A stretch of 64,000 nt of DNA from Octopus vulgaris (taxonomy: Eukaryota): contig OX597829.1 in assembly GCA_951406725.2 (NCBI GenBank), positions 4,712,001 through 4,776,000 on the forward strand, written 5' to 3'. The notes under the pieces were generated by a model. The model ran no database searches, was not told the origin of the DNA, and worked only from the letters and a program-made list of their open reading frames with translations. Position 1 is the first letter of the stretch, and the number at the start of each line of letters is the position of its first letter. The translations under genes and the position numbers were made by a program. Shown here piece by piece: positions 30,601 through 64,000 of this stretch.

Positions 30601-31473
30601 AAATGCAAAAGAGAATATGGCTTCGCTTCCACAAAGCGCTTAGATTTATAGACGATTCGTCAGATTCTAATGTCTGCGGGAATATAAACTCTCTTCAAAC
30701 TGGATGCAGAAAGCCGTTACTGTCAGTTAATTTGTTAACAAAGAATAATATACACTGTCTGAGCCTAGAGTGGGACAGTTTATCTCCCTTAGAGGGGTCC
30801 AATCAGCAAATCTCATTGGCCTAAAGAGCGAACGAGGAATCGTCCCACTTAGGTTCCTCAGGTCTACAAATACTTTTACCGTCCTAATAGACAAAAGTGG
30901 AATCCTTTGCCTGCAGCAGATAGCATTTGAAATAAAGGCAGGGGCTATAAATCTCGTATCTTGAGTTTAAGAAAGACTTCACATCTGCTATGAAAAGCTT
31001 GCATCGTCTGGTCCTGTTTATATAGGAGCTTAGCTACGCTATGATGCGGAGTATTTTTAAACCCGTGACACGTGGTCTATAGACCCTGCTTACGTTTCAA
31101 ACGCCACCTGCTGCATTTTATGGGATTCCCCGTTCGTCCATTAAGACGGTAAAAAGTATTTGCGGACCTGAGACCAACCTAAGGGCGGAGATTCCTCGTT
31201 CTCTCTTCAAGTCCATAAGATATGACCGGTCTAAGAGCGATAACTGTCTCATTAGGGCTTACAGAATGTATATTATTCTTTTGCTAACAAATTAACAGAC
31301 CGTAACGTTTTTCTAGCTCCAGATTGGAGAGTGGTTATATATCCGCGGCCACTGGAGTCCAATGAGTCGTCTATAAAGCTACGCGCTTTATAAATGCCGA
31401 ACAGTTGGTTACTCTATGACCTCACGTATTTGACTTCGCGTGCGCGCGCGTGAATGTGTGTGTGTGTGTGTGT

Positions 31474-31531
<58 letters not shown>

Positions 31532-31687
31532 GATGAGTGTATTTTTACCTTGTTAACAATTAACACGGAAAAATAAATAAATAGTTACCAGGGCAGCAAA
31601 AATCTCACAAGTAAAGATGTTGTAACTCCTTGTTTATAAAGGTTGAAACTTCGTGTTTACGTTGAATATTTTGAACTCCATTTTTTA

Positions 31688-31728
<41 letters not shown>

Positions 31729-31730
<2 letters not shown>

Positions 31731-31860
31731 AAAAGTCAAGGTAGAAAATGGTGAAATAATTTTATAAAAAATCATTTCAGTACCGGTTATCCACCACAGC
31801 CTTAGAATAACCGGTACTGAAATGTTTTTATAAAATTGATTTAGCATTTTCAGCCTTCTA
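31729..31860. mobile_element. Short fold-back element between microsatellites
   Basis: aattttataaaaaatcatttcagtaccggttat / ataaccggtactgaaatgtttttataaaatt inverted arms. Confidence 0.65.
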
Positions 31861-31914
31861 CATACATACATACATACATACATACATACATACATACATA
31901 CATACATACATACA

Positions 31915-31945
<31 letters not shown>

Positions 31946-31948
31946 TAA

Positions 31949-32223
31949 CCAGTGGCTAGGGCAGCAGACTCGCGGTCGTAGGATCGCGGTTTCGATTCCC
32001 AGACCGGGCATTGTGAGTGTTTATTGAGCGAAAACACCTAAAAGCTCCACGAGCCTCCGGCAGGGGGTGGTTATCCCTGCTGTACTCTTTCACCACTCTT
32101 TCTCTCACTCTTTCATCTGTTGGCCTGCTCGTTTAGCCAGCGGGGTGGCGTCATTCGAAGGGTAAAACAACGCGAACGCATTATGACCAGCGATGTGTAG
32201 CAACATCTGATGGTCTGGTCGGT

Positions 32224-32230
<7 letters not shown>
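31949..32230 (+). mobile_element. SINE (head A plus tail Y)
   Basis: Head matches the reverse complement of 12080-12247 but continues into a different 3' body (gccagcggggtggcgtcattcgaag...ctgatggtctggtc). Confidence 0.85.
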
Positions 32231-32297
<67 letters not shown>

Positions 32298-33408
32298 TTT
32301 TTATATAATAGACTCAACATTTTCTGAAAGATGATTACTTATTTAAAATGAATTTATATTTAATATTTATAAAACATTTTCAAGTAATGTTTTCTCTCAT
32401 GAGTGTTTATGCATTTGATACAGATGTTTTAAAAGCTCAGTTATTTTAAGAGAATAAATGAAAATATCGTGGGTTCTACAACTAGAAATGAATTTACGAC
32501 GAATTTTCTTACGTTTCTTCGTCAGCCAATCGTGTTTACTGATTGTATTTCGAAGCACTAGGAAACATTTTCGTTAGCATCTCATGTGGCTTCTCTAATT
32601 AAATCGGCTGAATAATCGGAAGCGCGAGACCTAGAGTGATGATTCAAGAAAATGCAACGTCTGTTAAAATGAACATATATGAGTACATATACATACGTTT
32701 ATAGGTGCGCACGCACAAACACATATATATATACATTTATACACATAACCACATATCTGTGAGGTGGGTTGTACTTATAACCGAACGTGTGTATGCTCGT
32801 ATAAGTGAATAAATTAATTTGCTTGACTCCGTCTGAACGTCATCAAGCAAACAATAGAAGTAGTGTAGGTTAGAATGTTCAGTTGGTATTTTGAAGACAA
32901 CTCTACTGTTACGTAAACAGAACGCTCCATTGAACATAAAAGAAATTAGAATTTGGTAACAAGTTTCTCTTTTGTCAAAACAAACATTAAAACAAATATT
33001 GTGTTTTTTTTATATATAATAAATGGAGCAGCAGTCACAAATAGGAATCCAGTAAAAAAATAGAACCGTCTACACACACGAAAAAAAACAGACAGTACAT
33101 ATACATTCCCGCCCCTCTACACCTATACATACATACATACGATTATTTGTTTATTTATTTATCTACACACCCACACATACATATATATATAAATTTGAGA
33201 GAAGCTGGTTGTATAAGCCAGTGTAATACAGGTAAAAGCAGATGTGAACAAGGAATTATCCATAAGACAATATTAACAACATCAGTAAATAAGACTTATT
33301 GTGACGTTGCAGTAGGAAAATAAACTCGCATATACGCTCGCACCTCCACAATCTTATATTCATATATATATAAAAAAGAAAGAACTCGTTAATACTTCAT
33401 TAATAACT

Positions 33409-61753
<28,345 letters not shown>

Positions 61754-61836
61754 GTAAGTAAACGTTATTGCCAAGAAAAATGGTTTATGAGAATGCATAT
61801 ATATGTGTGTGCGTGTATATATATATATATATATAC

Positions 61837-61920
<84 letters not shown>

Positions 61921-61931
61921 CGACATAGAAA

Positions 61932-62245
61932 AAGGTATGTCTTAGTGGTTAGGGAGCATTGGGCCCTCAAACATGAGATAGCAAGTCCGGACAGGCTGCG
62001 TGTTGTGTTCTTGAGCAAGACACTTTATTTCCCGCTACTTCTGTTAACTCAGCTGTAGAAATGAGTCGCGACGTCACAGGTGCCAAGCTGAATCAGCTTT
62101 TGCCTTTCCCTTGGATAACATCAGTGGTGTGAAGAGGGGAGACTGGTATGCATGGGTGACTGCTGGTCTTCCACAAACAACCTTACCCGGAAGGTAAAAA
62201 TCTTGGTGCAATCCCATGGTCATTCATGATCAAGGGAGGTCTTTT
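61932..62245 (+). mobile_element. SINE (head B plus tail Z)
   Basis: Co-linear with 22458-22772. Confidence 0.8.
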
Positions 62246-62247
62246 CT

Positions 62248-62328
<81 letters not shown>

Positions 62329-62332
<4 letters not shown>

Positions 62333-62625
62333 TGCAGCGTGGAAGGTGTTTATAAGCCATTTAAGAAACACACAAAAGCCGTTCGATTCACTCCAACATT
62401 TAAGTTTAATTTGTCAAAATATTTTCGTCGCTAAAATCCGCGACCTGTTCACTGACGAAAATCCGTGCTGCATCTACGGATTTTTGTCAGTGAACAGGTC
62501 GCGGATTTTAGCGACGAAAATATTTTGTGTGTTTCTTAAATGGCTTATAAACACCTTCCACGCTGCAATTGTTTTCGTTTCAGCACACGATCTCAGATCA
62601 AATTACTTGCTATGCGAGTACATCT

Positions 62626-62628
<3 letters not shown>
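62329..62628. mobile_element. Fold-back dimer of the G3-C8 hammerhead element
   Basis: Minus-strand motif at 62412-62456 and plus-strand motif at 62483-62527 (its 3' stem I strand is truncated); flanked by (TA)n. Confidence 0.82.
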
Positions 62629-62690
<62 letters not shown>

Positions 62691-63006
62691 TTATGGGGGT
62701 TTAGTTCACGGGAGATTTAACGACTAGGTACGCTGGGTTAAGTGTTGTTACGGATTACCAGGGCTCCAAGGTCATAGCCGAGGTGGGAGTTATGGAACAA
62801 TTGTAGATTTCCAATATAGCAAATGCATAATTGGTAAAGAGGACAGCGTTAAGGCAAGACAAACATCTCAAGTCATATATGTCATAATTGGAAAAATTCA
62901 AAGTGTTACAGGTGCTTCTGGGATATCCCAAGGTATATACATACATACATATACATATATTTATATATATATGTATGTATGTATATATATATATATGTAT
63001 GTATAT

Positions 63007-63052
<46 letters not shown>

Positions 63053-63127
63053 GTATATATATATATATATATATGTTATACATATATATATATACACACA
63101 CATATATATATATGTATGTATGTATGA

Positions 63128-63160
<33 letters not shown>

Positions 63161-63284
63161 TGTATGTATGTATGTATGTATGTATGTATGTATGTGCGTA
63201 TGTATGTGTGTATGTATGAATGTATGTATGTGTGTGTGTATGTATGTATGTATGTATGTATGTATGTATGTATGTATGTGTGTG

Positions 63285-63830
63285 TATAAGCTGCATTACT
63301 GAAATTTCAGACTTTTTCAAGAGAGACATTCATTAATTTCAAATAAGTAAAAAAAAATAATTTAATCTTCAAAGTAAGATCGTCTGACCTCAATGTAATT
63401 GTTGTAGCGTTCCAGCTCATTCATGGAGGCTCCATACAAGTCCTCCAAAGTGAAGGTACCCTGGACCCTTATCACAGCCTACTTCATATTCTCATTCATG
63501 TTGGGGAACAACTAAATATTACCGGGAGCAAGGTGTGGACTGTTGGAAGGGTGAAGGATAGTTTTGATGCCCATCTCTCTCACGTAGTTAGTTACAAAGA
63601 TGGAATTGCTAACTGGTGCCTTGTCCTGGTGCAGGTTATTTGGCCCTTTGCAACGAAATCTCTTCCCGAACTCCGCCAAACCTCCACACTGTACACTTTA
63701 TTGAGCGTCTGGCCCGATGGTACCCAGTAAATGTAGATGATGCGGTTGCCGTCGAAAAGGATGGTCATGATGAACATCCTGGTGGATTTAATTTGCCTGG
63801 CTAATTGGCCGGCAAACAACGGATGATCAA
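63285..63830 (-). mobile_element. Mariner transposase remnant (catalytic region)
   Basis: IMTILFDGNRIIYIYWVPSGQTLNKVYSVEV and EMGIKTILHPSNSPHLAP. Confidence 0.75.
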
Positions 63831-64000
63831 CTCATATGAACTAATTCATAGGCAGTCTGGAACGTTTCATATGTTTAACTTAAACCTTTATTGCATGGCG
63901 AGTTTCGAAATTGCCTTCACATATCGATTGCCTTTTGCAAGCTAATTGGATATGTGAGTCGGTCTTTAGCAGGTATGGTCCAAAGAAAGTGTTGTTAGAG

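Noticed and set aside
30600-31430. Possible LINE (L1/Tx1-like) remnant on the minus strand; similar GC-richer unique-looking stretch at 20680-21700
   Set aside because: I could not read any diagnostic motif with confidence.
33100-33408. MMP promoter elements (ccgccc ~33109, tgacgt ~33302, tatataaa ~33367)
   Set aside because: Short motifs in AT-rich, TA-repeat DNA with an unknown transcription start; an upstream non-coding exon cannot be excluded.

Overview
Eukaryotic, AT-rich, microsatellite-dense animal DNA. The repeat repertoire suggests a coleoid cephalopod such as Octopus, but that is an inference. One host gene is present: a secreted matrix metalloproteinase (MMP, M10A family) on the + strand. 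I traced ten coding exons by hand from 33409 to 61753 with consistent GT-AG phases (673 codons). They encode a signal peptide, an unusual ~190-aa charged N-terminal extension, the PRCGVPD cysteine switch, the HEFGHSLGLYH zinc site, a Thr-rich hinge and hemopexin repeats, and the gene continues past the window end. The rest is mobile DNA. (i) Two polarised head-to-tail arrays of decayed R4/Dong-like RLE non-LTR retrotransposons are separated by (TAA)n/(TGA)n tracts (about 4.0-17.3 kb on +, 39.6-47.0 kb on - inside MMP intron 4). (ii) There are several modular tRNA-derived SINE families. (iii) There are mariner and Chapaev3-like DNA transposon remnants. (iv) The most notable signal is a set of short non-coding, often fold-back elements sitting in (TA)n tracts that carry type I hammerhead-ribozyme motifs (Penelope-like/retrozyme-like), including a G3-C8 compensatory core variant. 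All structures were read by eye and not computed; element boundaries are approximate unless tied to splice sites or TSDs.
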